Program-made: the position numbers and the translations under genes
From: an uncultured Gammaproteobacteria bacterium
Lineage (GTDB): Bacteria > Pseudomonadota > Gammaproteobacteria > Chromatiales > Chromatiaceae
NCBI GenBank assembly: GCA_963820915.1
Contig: CAWGBV010000008.1
Location: forward strand, 126,266-190,265
Length of the DNA: 64,000 nucleotides
Reading direction: 5' to 3'
Shown: positions 32,365 through 40,977 of the stretch, piece by piece
Numbering within the stretch: position 1 is the stretch's first letter
Layout: every line of letters begins with the position of its first letter
The notes under the pieces: generated by a model
The model's input: only the letters and a program-made list of their open reading frames with translations
Told to the model about the DNA's origin: nothing
Database searches by the model: none

Positions 32365-32859
32365 ATGAGATCGCTGATTCGTCTATTATCACCCGCCCGA
32401 CGGCTGGAATGGTTTGCCCCTTTTCGTGCGATGGGGATCCGCGTTGTGCAGCATTCTCCGGATGCGCGAACCGTAAGGATACGCCTACCGCTCAATCGAT
32501 TTAACCGCAATCCTGGTGGAGGTATGTTCGGCGGCTCCATGGCATCATTAGCCGACCCGATTCCGGCGATTGCCTGTTTACGGCTATTTCCCGGATATTC
32601 GGTCTGGACGCGTAGTTTGTACCTGGATTTTCGCCGTGAGGCACGCACCGATCTGGAGTTGAGATTCGATTTCGATTCGGCGATCGAGGCATTGATCCGC
32701 AAAGAGCTTGCAGCGCGCAACCGGTCTACACCGACCTTCGAGTTCGGTTTTTACGACCTGGAGGACAAGGTTTGCGTCTGGGTGAAAAATACCGTTGCGT
32801 TAAGGCCTGAAGACCCATCGGCTGGCGGCGTTGCGGGCCGCCAACGTTTAAAAAGGTGA
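32365..32859 (+). CDS. Hotdog-fold thioesterase-like protein (PaaI/DUF4442-like)
   Basis: NPGGGMFGGSMASLADPIPA... is typical of the PaaI/YiiD-C-terminal hotdog families. Weak by-eye call. Confidence 0.5.
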   Translation: MRSLIRLLSPARRLEWFAPFRAMGIRVVQHSPDARTVRIRLPLNRFNRNPGGGMFGGSMASLADPIPAIACLRLFPGYSVWTRSLYLDFRREARTDLELRFDFDSAIEALIRKELAARNRSTPTFEFGFYDLEDKVCVWVKNTVALRPEDPSAGGVAGRQRLKR

Positions 32860-33308
32860 ATCACATGAACACGCAAGACGATCTTGATATGGACCTTTCC
32901 AGCGGCATTGCCGCTTTCGAGGCCAAGCATTTTGCCAGCGCTATGCGACTGTTGTCGCCATTGGCGGATGAGGGCGACATGGAAGCCCAGTACCGAATGG
33001 CGATCATGGCGCAAAATGGGCTCGGCATGGTGGAAAACGCGGAACTGGCGTTTCGCTATATGCGATCTGCGGCAAACGCGGGCCTTGGGCTCGCACAGCA
33101 TGGACTGGGTTTTATGTACCTGGAAGGCGAATGTACGCAGAAAGACCCTGTCGAGGCAGTGCGATGGTTTCAGGCGGCGGCCGAGCAGGGATTGGTGGGG
33201 TCTATGACCACGCTGGCGATGATGTACCAGCAGGGCAATGGCGTGACAGCCGATGAGGAGTTGGCGAAGCGTTGGTACCAGAGGGCCGGGTTCGACGAAT
33301 TTACATAG
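32856..33308 (+). CDS. Sel1-repeat (SLR/TPR-like) protein
   Basis: Repeated A.Y.LG.MY..G.GV..D...A..W...AA..G motifs (AQYRMAIMAQNGLGMVEN..., AQHGLGFMYLEGECTQKDPVEAVRWFQAAAEQG, MTTLAMMYQQGNGVTADEELAKRWYQRA). Confidence 0.8.
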   Translation: MNHMNTQDDLDMDLSSGIAAFEAKHFASAMRLLSPLADEGDMEAQYRMAIMAQNGLGMVENAELAFRYMRSAANAGLGLAQHGLGFMYLEGECTQKDPVEAVRWFQAAAEQGLVGSMTTLAMMYQQGNGVTADEELAKRWYQRAGFDEFT

Positions 33309-33377
33309 TTTTTAACAATGCACAAAGCAGACCAAATGTACTATCTTCGCAACTACGTCTGACAATCAGATCTTCCT

Positions 33378-34253
33378 GTGTCCGACCAACGGCCCAAAAA
33401 AATAACAGCCGTGGAGGACCAGTCGCACCGCCGGAGGAAAAACCTTCGGATTTTTTCCGCGCTGGTCTTTCTGAGTGCTGCCATTATTTTTCATTCGCAA
33501 ATCGGCGAAATGTGGCGGTATTCCATTGCGCCCTTGATCTCCGCCGATTGGCAGGGTCAACCAAAGGAAACCACCGTTAACGGTTCGGCTCCGGGAATTT
33601 CTGACATTACGGAGTATGGAGACGAGACCGAAAGGGCGGCCTCTGAATCCACCTCGAAGATGGTGACCGTGGCACTGAATTCCGGATTCGAGCCGGTTAT
33701 TTTCGAGATGTCGGCCGCTTCTATCCCGCTACAACAAGCCGAAGATCAGCCCTTCTTTCCAGCGGTACTGGGGGAGAGCCGCTACGGGACCTTTGAATTT
33801 GCGAATGGCGGCCAATACCGTTTCGAGTTGAAGGATGTTGGCCCCGAGACACTTTTGAACGTGGATCTGAACGGCGACGGTGATTTTACCAACGACGGCG
33901 AGGCATACCGTTCGCCCACCGACGCCTTCGAGGTCACGGTGTCCTTTGCCATGGAAAACGTCACCGGCCGCACGCGTCCAGCAGGTGAATATCTACTCTG
34001 GCTGTATCGCACCCCGGAGGGCGGGTTACAACAGGTTGCCCTGACCCAACTGGTCGGGAATGTCTATCTGGGTGGTCGCGGCTTCAAGGCCTACGTGGTG
34101 GAAAACAGCAGTATCGACGGCAATTACGCCAATGAAGGCATTTACGTTGACTGGGATCGTGACGGCCGTATCCATCCCGGCAAGGAGTTCGTGCCCCAAG
34201 GCGGGAATCTCGCGATCGGCGACGACAGCTACGCTTTCGTTATCCGACGCTGA
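33378..34253 (+). CDS. Hypothetical membrane-anchored protein
   Basis: 291-aa ORF (GTG start) with one N-terminal TM (IFSALVFLSAAIIF) and a beta-rich soluble part. No family recognised. Confidence 0.45.
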   Translation: MSDQRPKKITAVEDQSHRRRKNLRIFSALVFLSAAIIFHSQIGEMWRYSIAPLISADWQGQPKETTVNGSAPGISDITEYGDETERAASESTSKMVTVALNSGFEPVIFEMSAASIPLQQAEDQPFFPAVLGESRYGTFEFANGGQYRFELKDVGPETLLNVDLNGDGDFTNDGEAYRSPTDAFEVTVSFAMENVTGRTRPAGEYLLWLYRTPEGGLQQVALTQLVGNVYLGGRGFKAYVVENSSIDGNYANEGIYVDWDRDGRIHPGKEFVPQGGNLAIGDDSYAFVIRR

Positions 34254-34308
34254 TCCCTGGCGTCCTCCCTGGTTTTCCGCCAACAGTGTTTTTCGCAGGA
34301 TCGGGGAG

Positions 34309-35370
34309 TCAGTCCCGGTTGGTGCGCCGCGTCCGCACCGCTTCCGCAAAGCCGTACAGCAGGGCCTTGCTGTTGTCCCAATCGAGGCAGGCATCGGTGA
34401 TGCTTTGGCCATAGACAAGTGGTTGTTGTGAAGAATTGTCCTGGCGACCGCCCACCAGGTTGCTCTCAATCATCACGCCCATGATCCGGTGGTCTCCGCG
34501 GGCGATCTGTCCCGCCACATCGCGACCAACCTTGATCTGCCGGTCATGCTGCTTGTGGCTGTTGGCATGACTGATGTCCACCATGAATCTCGGCTCGAGA
34601 CCCGCCGCCTCCATTTCGCGGGCGGCGATGTCGATGCTCTCCGTGTCGTAATTGGGGCGATGGCCGCCGCGTAAAATGACATGGGTGTCCCTGTTGCCGG
34701 TGGTATGGAAAATGGCCGAATGTCCGGACTTGGTCAAAGACATAAAGTGGTGGGGTCGCGAGGCGGCCCGCATCGCGTCGATGGCGATGTTGAGGCGTCC
34801 GTCGGTGCCGTTTTTGAAGCCCACCGGGCAGGATAGGCCCGACGCCAGTTCGCGGTGGCCCTGGCTTTCGGTGGTGCGCGCACCGATAGCGCCCCAGCTC
34901 ACCAGATCCGCGATGTATTGCGGGCTGATCAGGTCCAGAAATTCGGTTCCTGCGGCGAGTCCCGAATCATTGATGTCGCGCAACAACTCCCGCGCGAGCC
35001 GCAATCCCTTGTTGATGGCAAAGGTTCCGTCGAGGTCCGGGTCGTTGATAAGTCCTTTCCAGCCCACGGTGGTACGGGGCTTTTCGAAATAGACTCTCAT
35101 CACGATGACAAGATCATCGCTGAGTTCGTCTCGAACCGGCAGCAGGCGCTCGGCGTACTCTCGGGCGGCGGCAGGGTCATGTACCGAGCAGGGTCCGACA
35201 ATGACCAACAGCCGGTCGTCCTTTTCGTGAATGACATCATGGATCGCCGAGCGCGTCTTGAAGACCGTGTCCGCCGCAGCGTCCGTAATCGTTAATTCCT
35301 CATGGATCTGTGAGGGCGCAATGACCTCGGTGATGTCTTTGATTCGGAGGTCGTCGGTCTGGTAGGTCAT
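34309..35370 (-). CDS. 3-deoxy-7-phosphoheptulonate (DAHP) synthase, class I (AroF/G/H type)
   Basis: 353 aa. DDLRIKDI...LLVIVGPCSVHDP.AA.EYA..L...MRVYFEKPRTTVGWKGLINDP...SPQYIADLVSWGAIGARTTESQ.HRELASGLS.PVGFKNGTDG. The isoenzyme cannot be assigned by eye. Confidence 0.95.
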   Translation of the reverse strand: MTYQTDDLRIKDITEVIAPSQIHEELTITDAAADTVFKTRSAIHDVIHEKDDRLLVIVGPCSVHDPAAAREYAERLLPVRDELSDDLVIVMRVYFEKPRTTVGWKGLINDPDLDGTFAINKGLRLARELLRDINDSGLAAGTEFLDLISPQYIADLVSWGAIGARTTESQGHRELASGLSCPVGFKNGTDGRLNIAIDAMRAASRPHHFMSLTKSGHSAIFHTTGNRDTHVILRGGHRPNYDTESIDIAAREMEAAGLEPRFMVDISHANSHKQHDRQIKVGRDVAGQIARGDHRIMGVMIESNLVGGRQDNSSQQPLVYGQSITDACLDWDNSKALLYGFAEAVRTRRTNRD

Positions 35371-35596
35371 TGCGATTCGGTTGCTTGGGAAAAAGTGAAA
35401 TTATAACGGATTACGATTCGCTTGATGGCGATGAAAAACCGTTTCAGCGGGGTTTACGTCGAGACTCCGTCCGTATGACCCTGCGTGGGCTGATCGGGTC
35501 GACGCCGGGGGCCTGTTCGCCCCGGCTGGTTTTCGGACGGCGCGAACAGGGCGCCCGCAAAACCGAAGGTCGAACACACGGGCGATGAAGCAACCC

Positions 35597-36565
35597 TCAA
35601 CCCGCGCGTCGTTTTTCCTGGCGTACCAGCCAGATTTCGAGGCCTTGGGCATTGAGTTCGCTATCGACGGCCAGCAGTTTTCGAGCCTCCGATTCCTCCA
35701 GGGTCACGCCATGGCTGCGGGCTTCCGAAAGGAGTAGCGCGGTGACGTCGTTACGCAGCGTTTCCAGTCGCGATTCCTGAAGATCCGCGACGGCGCGTGC
35801 TGTTGTTGCCAGGCTGTCGATGCTGGCATGCAGTTGGGCGATCACCGCCTTGTCCACGGCGATCTGGCCGAAATGGGTCAGGTTGACGCGTTCCGGATAA
35901 AATCCCTCGAGACGGTCCAGGGTGGTATGCCAGGCCTCGGGATCAAAGGCGACCGGTGTGGTGGGGGCGAATAGCCAGGGGCCTTTGTCGGTGCGAAACT
36001 CCGGGTAGGCGACGCCGAAGGTATCGCCGGTGAAAAATGCCCGCGTCTGTTCATCCCAGATGCAGCCGTGATGATTGGCATGGCCGGGCGTATCGAGAAA
36101 CAGCAGAGAACGGCCATTCAGGTCGAAGGACTGTCCGTCGTTGGCGATAACGCAGCGTTCTTCCGCGACAGGTTCCAGAACGCCAAAGTCGCGAAGAAAC
36201 ACCTCTTCTCCGTACACTGCGGTGGCGCCGGCGGTCAGACGGGAGGGATCGATCATGTGAGGCGCCCCTTTGGGATGCACCACCATGGTTGCCTCGGGGC
36301 AGGCCTTCATCAGGGGGCCGGTGCCACCGGCGTGATCCAGATGGACGTGGGTCGGAATAACGTACTTCACCTGGTCCCGTTTCAGGCCGAGGTGATCGAG
36401 CAGAGCCAGCAGCGAGGGAACCGTATTCGCCGTCCCGTTGTCGATAAAGGCGGCGGTTCCACCCGAGGTCGCGAGATAACAGGCCGCCATTCGCGGTCGA
36501 CCGAGGTTGGCGTCGATACAGTAGACACCGTTACCCAGGTCTTCAAAGGCGGGCAGTGCGCTCAT
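35597..36565 (-). CDS. MBL-fold metallo-hydrolase
   Basis: HxHxDH motif (IPTHVHLDHAGGTG) and downstream His/Asp ligands (TPGHANHH). Confidence 0.8.
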   Translation of the reverse strand: MSALPAFEDLGNGVYCIDANLGRPRMAACYLATSGGTAAFIDNGTANTVPSLLALLDHLGLKRDQVKYVIPTHVHLDHAGGTGPLMKACPEATMVVHPKGAPHMIDPSRLTAGATAVYGEEVFLRDFGVLEPVAEERCVIANDGQSFDLNGRSLLFLDTPGHANHHGCIWDEQTRAFFTGDTFGVAYPEFRTDKGPWLFAPTTPVAFDPEAWHTTLDRLEGFYPERVNLTHFGQIAVDKAVIAQLHASIDSLATTARAVADLQESRLETLRNDVTALLLSEARSHGVTLEESEARKLLAVDSELNAQGLEIWLVRQEKRRAG

Positions 36566-36696
36566 GGCTTCAACTCCACATATGATCGAGCCGATTACCC
36601 TAAACCCTGGAAGACAGATTGACCAGCCAGTCCGACAGAATGCTTACTATTGGCGGCGTTGGACGGCTGCACTGAATTTCGTTGAGGAGGGGTGAC

Positions 36697-37416
36697 ATGG
36701 TTGATCGAAAACCGGGAGCGGAGGAACTCGCTGCCCAGGCCCGCGCTGTGCTGGCAGGGAGACTGCATGGCGTGCTTTCCACCCTGTCGGTGGAGATGCC
36801 GGGCTTCCCCTTTGGCTCTGTGGTGCCCTACTGCCTGGGCGGGGACGGCGCCCCGCTGTTCCTGCTCAGTGATCTGGCTCACCACACCAGGAACCTTCGC
36901 AAGGATTCCCATGCGGCCTTCACTGTTTACGAGACCGACAGCAGAGACGTCGCTCAAGCCGATCGCCTGACGGCGGTGGGTCAGGTGGTGCCAGTGTCCG
37001 CGGGGGATAACGCCGTCGAGCGCTATTTCCGGTATTTTCCGCGCAGCCGTGGCTGGTTCGAAGAACTCGATTTCCGGTTTTTCCGGCTGGTTTCAACGCG
37101 CTGGCATTTCAACGGCGGATTTGCGACGGCCAGGTGGTTTGGCAACGAGCGGATTCTCAGAGCGGCGCTGTTAACGTCCGACGAGGAGGCCGGCGAAGTG
37201 GAGCGCGTGACCCGTGAGCAACCGGCCGTGCTGGTTCACCGATTGAAGGCTGACGGAATCCCCATGGATGTGGACGATGATATCCGCTTGTGCGGCCTGG
37301 ACGCAGAAGGGATGGATATTGCTGTCAACTCCATCATCCATCGCGTGGCCCATCCTTCGGCGGTGACATCCGTAGCCGGCTTGCGCGCCTTGCTTGCCTC
37401 AATGGCGGCTCATTGA
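36697..37416 (+). CDS. PNPOx-like FMN-binding split-barrel protein with DUF2470-like C-terminal part (HugZ/heme-utilisation-like family)
   Basis: ARAVLAGRLHGVLSTLSVEMPGFPFGSVVPY...PLFLLSDLAHHTRNL..D is typical of the pyridoxamine-phosphate-oxidase-related family. ATG at 36697 follows GAGGAGG. Confidence 0.6.
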   Translation: MVDRKPGAEELAAQARAVLAGRLHGVLSTLSVEMPGFPFGSVVPYCLGGDGAPLFLLSDLAHHTRNLRKDSHAAFTVYETDSRDVAQADRLTAVGQVVPVSAGDNAVERYFRYFPRSRGWFEELDFRFFRLVSTRWHFNGGFATARWFGNERILRAALLTSDEEAGEVERVTREQPAVLVHRLKADGIPMDVDDDIRLCGLDAEGMDIAVNSIIHRVAHPSAVTSVAGLRALLASMAAH

Positions 37417-37426
37417 AGGCCGCCAT

Positions 37427-38851
37427 CTAGACTTTCCAGTCGGTATGGAAAAATTCGCCGCGTGGTGCGTCGATGCGCTCGTAGGTGTGGGCGCCAAAGT
37501 AATCACGCTGCGCCTGAATCAGGTCTGCGGGCAGGCGAGCGCTTCGGTAGCCGTCATAGAAGGAAAGGGCGGCGCACATGGCGGGCATTGGCAGTCCAAG
37601 CTGAATCGCGTACGCCAGCGTTCGGCGCCACCCCGGCAGGGCTTGTTGCATGGCGGATTGAAAAAACGGGGCGATCATGAGGTTGGTCAGGGCGGGGTCG
37701 TTCGCAAAGGCCTCGCGAATGTCATTCAGGAACCGGCTGCGAATGATGCATCCGGCACGCCAAAGTGCGGCGATATCGCCAAAGGCCAATTGCCAGCCGA
37801 ACTGGTTGGCGGCAGCGCGTAGCAGCATGAAGCCCTGGGTGTAAGAGATGATTTTCGAGGCATAAAGCGCGTCGTGCAGATCACTGATCAGCCTGTTCGG
37901 GTCGGCGGATCCGTCCACAGCCGATGTGCCTGCCGCCAATGTTTCGGCAGCGATCAGGCGTTCGTCCTTAAGCGCCGACAGATATCTTGCAAACACGGCC
38001 TCCGTGATCAGGGTGACGGGTGAGCCAAGATCCAGCGCATCCTTTGCCGTCCATTTGCCGGTTCCCTTCTGGCCCGCCGAATCGAGGATTTTGTCCACCA
38101 GCGGCGTGCCGTCGCCCTCGCGCCGTTTCAGTATGTTAGCGGTGATTTCCACCAGGTATGAATCGAGGATTCCCCGGTTCCATTCTGCGAAGGTGGATTG
38201 AACCTGCTCCATGGGCAGGCCGATGCCCTGTCTCAGGTATGTATAGGATTCGGCGATCAATTGCATGTCGCCGTATTCAATACCGTTGTGGACCATTTTG
38301 ACGTAATGTCCGGCGCCTTCCTCTCCAACCCAGGCACAGCAAGGCTCGCCGTCCCTGGCGCGGGCAGCGATTGAACCCAGCAGATCTTTGACCAGGGGCC
38401 AGGCGTCCGGATTGCCACCCGGCATGATGGAGGGGCCATGACGGGCGCCTTCCTCGCCGCCGGAAATACCCACTCCCAGGAACAGGATGTCTTGGGACGC
38501 CAGGGATGCAGTGCGGCGGGTGGTGTCGGGATAATGCGAGTTGCCCCCGTCGATGATCACGTCGCCAGGGTCGAGGTGGGGGAGCAGGGCGTCGATAGTC
38601 AGATCGACCGGTTTTCCTGCCTTGACCATCAAGATGATCCGACGTGGCCGCGGCAGGCTGGCGACCAGTTGTTCCAGGCTGCGTGTTCCGCTAATCGCGG
38701 AATTTTCGTGGTTTGCCTGTACAAAAGCGTCGACCTTGGCGGTCGTGCGATTGAAAACAGCGACGCGATAACCATGGTCGGCAATATTCAGGGCGAGATT
38801 CTGGCCCATCACGGCAAGGCCTATGAGGCCGACATCCGCGGATTGATTCAT
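37427..38851 (-). CDS. gnd: 6-phosphogluconate dehydrogenase, decarboxylating
   Basis: DVGLIGLAVMGQNLALNIADHGY.VAVFNRT...GGNSHY.DT.RR...GISGGEEGAR.GPSIMPGG...YVKMVHNGIEYGDMQLI. Confidence 0.95.
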   Translation of the reverse strand: MNQSADVGLIGLAVMGQNLALNIADHGYRVAVFNRTTAKVDAFVQANHENSAISGTRSLEQLVASLPRPRRIILMVKAGKPVDLTIDALLPHLDPGDVIIDGGNSHYPDTTRRTASLASQDILFLGVGISGGEEGARHGPSIMPGGNPDAWPLVKDLLGSIAARARDGEPCCAWVGEEGAGHYVKMVHNGIEYGDMQLIAESYTYLRQGIGLPMEQVQSTFAEWNRGILDSYLVEITANILKRREGDGTPLVDKILDSAGQKGTGKWTAKDALDLGSPVTLITEAVFARYLSALKDERLIAAETLAAGTSAVDGSADPNRLISDLHDALYASKIISYTQGFMLLRAAANQFGWQLAFGDIAALWRAGCIIRSRFLNDIREAFANDPALTNLMIAPFFQSAMQQALPGWRRTLAYAIQLGLPMPAMCAALSFYDGYRSARLPADLIQAQRDYFGAHTYERIDAPRGEFFHTDWKV

Positions 38852-39032
38852 GGCGGGATTCCGGAAAGCGAGGGTAGCGGTATTATATGAGCAACCTGTC
38901 GCCTTCCTGCCGGGATTGGATAAATACCTTTCTTATAGGGGGGTAGATTTCACGGGGTGTGTCCGTAGAATAATAACCAAGTAAATTAATCGGGTATTAG
39001 GCTTGCCAGCTACTTATTTTCAGGAGGTATTA

Positions 39033-39323
39033 ATGGACGTAGCATTGGATTCGGAAGGTTTTTTGGTTGACCGCGACGAGTGGTCGGAAGAGATTGCGCG
39101 GGAAATGGCGATCAGCGACGGTTACGAGATGACCGACGAGATTATGGGTTTTGTGGTCGCTGCCCGCGACATGTTCGAGGAAGATGCGGTGGTTCCGCCC
39201 ATCCGCAAGTTTGCCAAGAAAATGGGCGTTGATTCCAAGCACCTGTACAACGTGTTCAAGAAGGGACCGATGAAGATGATCTGCAAATGGGGTGGTCTGC
39301 CCAAGCCCACCGGTTGCGTTTGA
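39033..39323 (+). CDS. DsrC/TusE-family sulfur-relay protein with both conserved C-terminal cysteines
   Basis: MDVALDSEGFLVDRDEWSEEIAREMA...ICKWGGLPKPTGCV*. Exactly 10 residues lie between the two Cys and the tail is the canonical PKPTGCV. AGGAGG sits 6 nt before the ATG at 39033. Confidence 0.85.
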   Translation: MDVALDSEGFLVDRDEWSEEIAREMAISDGYEMTDEIMGFVVAARDMFEEDAVVPPIRKFAKKMGVDSKHLYNVFKKGPMKMICKWGGLPKPTGCV

Positions 39324-39373
39324 TTCGGTACTGACCACCAGATTCACTAGCGATTCTGTCAATGGCACACTTG

Positions 39374-39406
39374 GGCGACCGGTTCCCGCCGGTCGCCTCT
39401 TTTTTT
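39374..39406 (+). terminator. Rho-independent terminator after the DsrC/TusE gene
   Basis: GGCGACCGG-ttcccg-CCGGTCGCC followed by TCTTTTTTT. Confidence 0.7.
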
Positions 39407-39450
39407 GGGTGACGGTAAAGTACGCTGTGACAGCACAGGACCGCCACCCG

Positions 39451-40923
39451 ATGAACGATCTGCACGACCTCGAAATCCTCTTGGCGGGCGACACGCCCCT
39501 GGTCTTCATGGAATCCCATGAGGAACTTCGCCTGCTGGACCTCATTATCACCATAGGAACAAGGCTCGGTAGGGCGGTGTTTCAATGGTCAGTGACCGAA
39601 GGCCTGTCACGCGCCGAGTCCGAATCAAAACCGATGCTCAACACCCAGACCCCGGAAGCCGTGCTGAGGCACGTAAAGGCGACACCGCTTGGGGGCTTCT
39701 ATGTCCTGCTGGATTTTCACCCCTATCTGGACGATCCCAGGACCGTGCGTTTCCTCAAGGAAATTGCTCAAGACCACCGGCGGACGCCGCGCACTTTGAT
39801 TCTCATCAGCCATGCCCTGGCCGCGCCCGAGGAGCTGCGACACCTGGCCACGGCGTTTGACGTGACCCTCCCCGACAGGGCGAAGCTGAAGGCCCTGGTT
39901 CGCGAGGAGATCCGCAATTGGCAGGCGCGAAATCGTGGACGCCTGTTGAAGACCGATCCCGAAGCGGTGCAGCGACTGGTGGCAAATCTGAGCGGTGTCA
40001 GCGTGACCGATGCCCGTCGTCTTGCGCGAAATGCCATCGACAACGATGGCGCCATTACCGCCAGTGACCTGCCGTCGGTCATGAAGGCAAAGTACGCGTT
40101 GCTCAGTCGTGACGGGCTGGTGAGTTTTGAATACGATACCGCTGATTTTGCGGCAGTGGCGGGTCTCGGCCGGCTTAAGCAATGGCTCGATCACAGAAAG
40201 CCGGCATTTGCCGGCGAATCCGGTCTGCCTGATCCACCCAAAGGCGTACTGCTGCTGGGGGTGCAGGGCGCGGGAAAAAGCCTGGCGGCCAAGGCCGTGG
40301 CCGGTCAGTACGGATTACCTTTGTTGCGCCTGGATTTCGCCGTTCTTTACGACAAATACATCGGCGAGACCGAGCGTAATCTGCGCGATGCGCTGGACAT
40401 AGCCGACACCATGGCGCCCTGCGTTCTCTGGATCGACGAAATAGAAAAGGGCGTGGCCGCCTCCGAGAGCGATCATGGCGTCTCGCGACGCGTTCTGGGT
40501 ACGCTGCTCAACTGGATGGCCGAGCGGCGCAATCGTGTGTTCGTGGTGGCGACTGCCAACGATATTGCCTCCCTACCCCCGGAACTGATCAGGAAAGGCC
40601 GGTTCGACGAACTGTTTTTCGTGGATCTGCCCGACGAAGCGGTTCGCGTCGAGGTATTTCGTATTCATCTGCAGGCGCGGGGGCTGGAACCGGGCGGTTT
40701 CGACCTGGATCAACTGGCCCGGGTGAGTGAGGGGTTTTCGGGCGCCGAGATCGAGCAGGCGGTGGTCGCGGCGCTCTATTCGGCACGGGCAAGCCAGCTG
40801 GTTCCCGACACACAACTGCTGCTGCATGAGATCGACACCACGCGTCCCCTGTCTGTCACCATGCGCGAGCAGGTTGCGGGATTACGGCGATGGGCCGAGG
40901 AGCGCGCCGTTCCAGCGCACTGA
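39451..40923 (+). CDS. AAA+ ATPase (classic AAA clade, single ATPase module after a ~230-aa N-terminal region)
   Basis: Walker A GVLLLGVQGAGKSLAAKAVA, Walker B CVLWIDEIEK, SRH-like VFVVATANDIASLPPELIRKGRFDELFFVDLPD. Start set at the ATG at 39451, after the terminator. Confidence 0.85.
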   Translation: MNDLHDLEILLAGDTPLVFMESHEELRLLDLIITIGTRLGRAVFQWSVTEGLSRAESESKPMLNTQTPEAVLRHVKATPLGGFYVLLDFHPYLDDPRTVRFLKEIAQDHRRTPRTLILISHALAAPEELRHLATAFDVTLPDRAKLKALVREEIRNWQARNRGRLLKTDPEAVQRLVANLSGVSVTDARRLARNAIDNDGAITASDLPSVMKAKYALLSRDGLVSFEYDTADFAAVAGLGRLKQWLDHRKPAFAGESGLPDPPKGVLLLGVQGAGKSLAAKAVAGQYGLPLLRLDFAVLYDKYIGETERNLRDALDIADTMAPCVLWIDEIEKGVAASESDHGVSRRVLGTLLNWMAERRNRVFVVATANDIASLPPELIRKGRFDELFFVDLPDEAVRVEVFRIHLQARGLEPGGFDLDQLARVSEGFSGAEIEQAVVAALYSARASQLVPDTQLLLHEIDTTRPLSVTMREQVAGLRRWAEERAVPAH

Positions 40924-40977
40924 AACCCGGACTGCGATTCGCTACAATCGCCCGTCAGATTCAATGATCCCGCACCT

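Noticed and set aside
35500-35560. Hairpins (GCCGGGG...CCCCGGC followed by TGGTTTTC, and CCTGTTCGC...GCGAACAGG) between the MBL hydrolase and the DAHP synthase
   Set aside because: The structure looks like a terminator only on the plus strand, where no gene precedes it. On the minus strand (the sense of both neighbours) there is no U-run. It may be a 5'-UTR structure of the DAHP synthase gene, but I cannot support a specific call.
39003-39032. Upstream ATG (39003) as the start of the DsrC/TusE gene
   Set aside because: The AGGAGG Shine-Dalgarno lies inside that extension, 6 nt before the ATG at 39033, and family length fits the shorter form.
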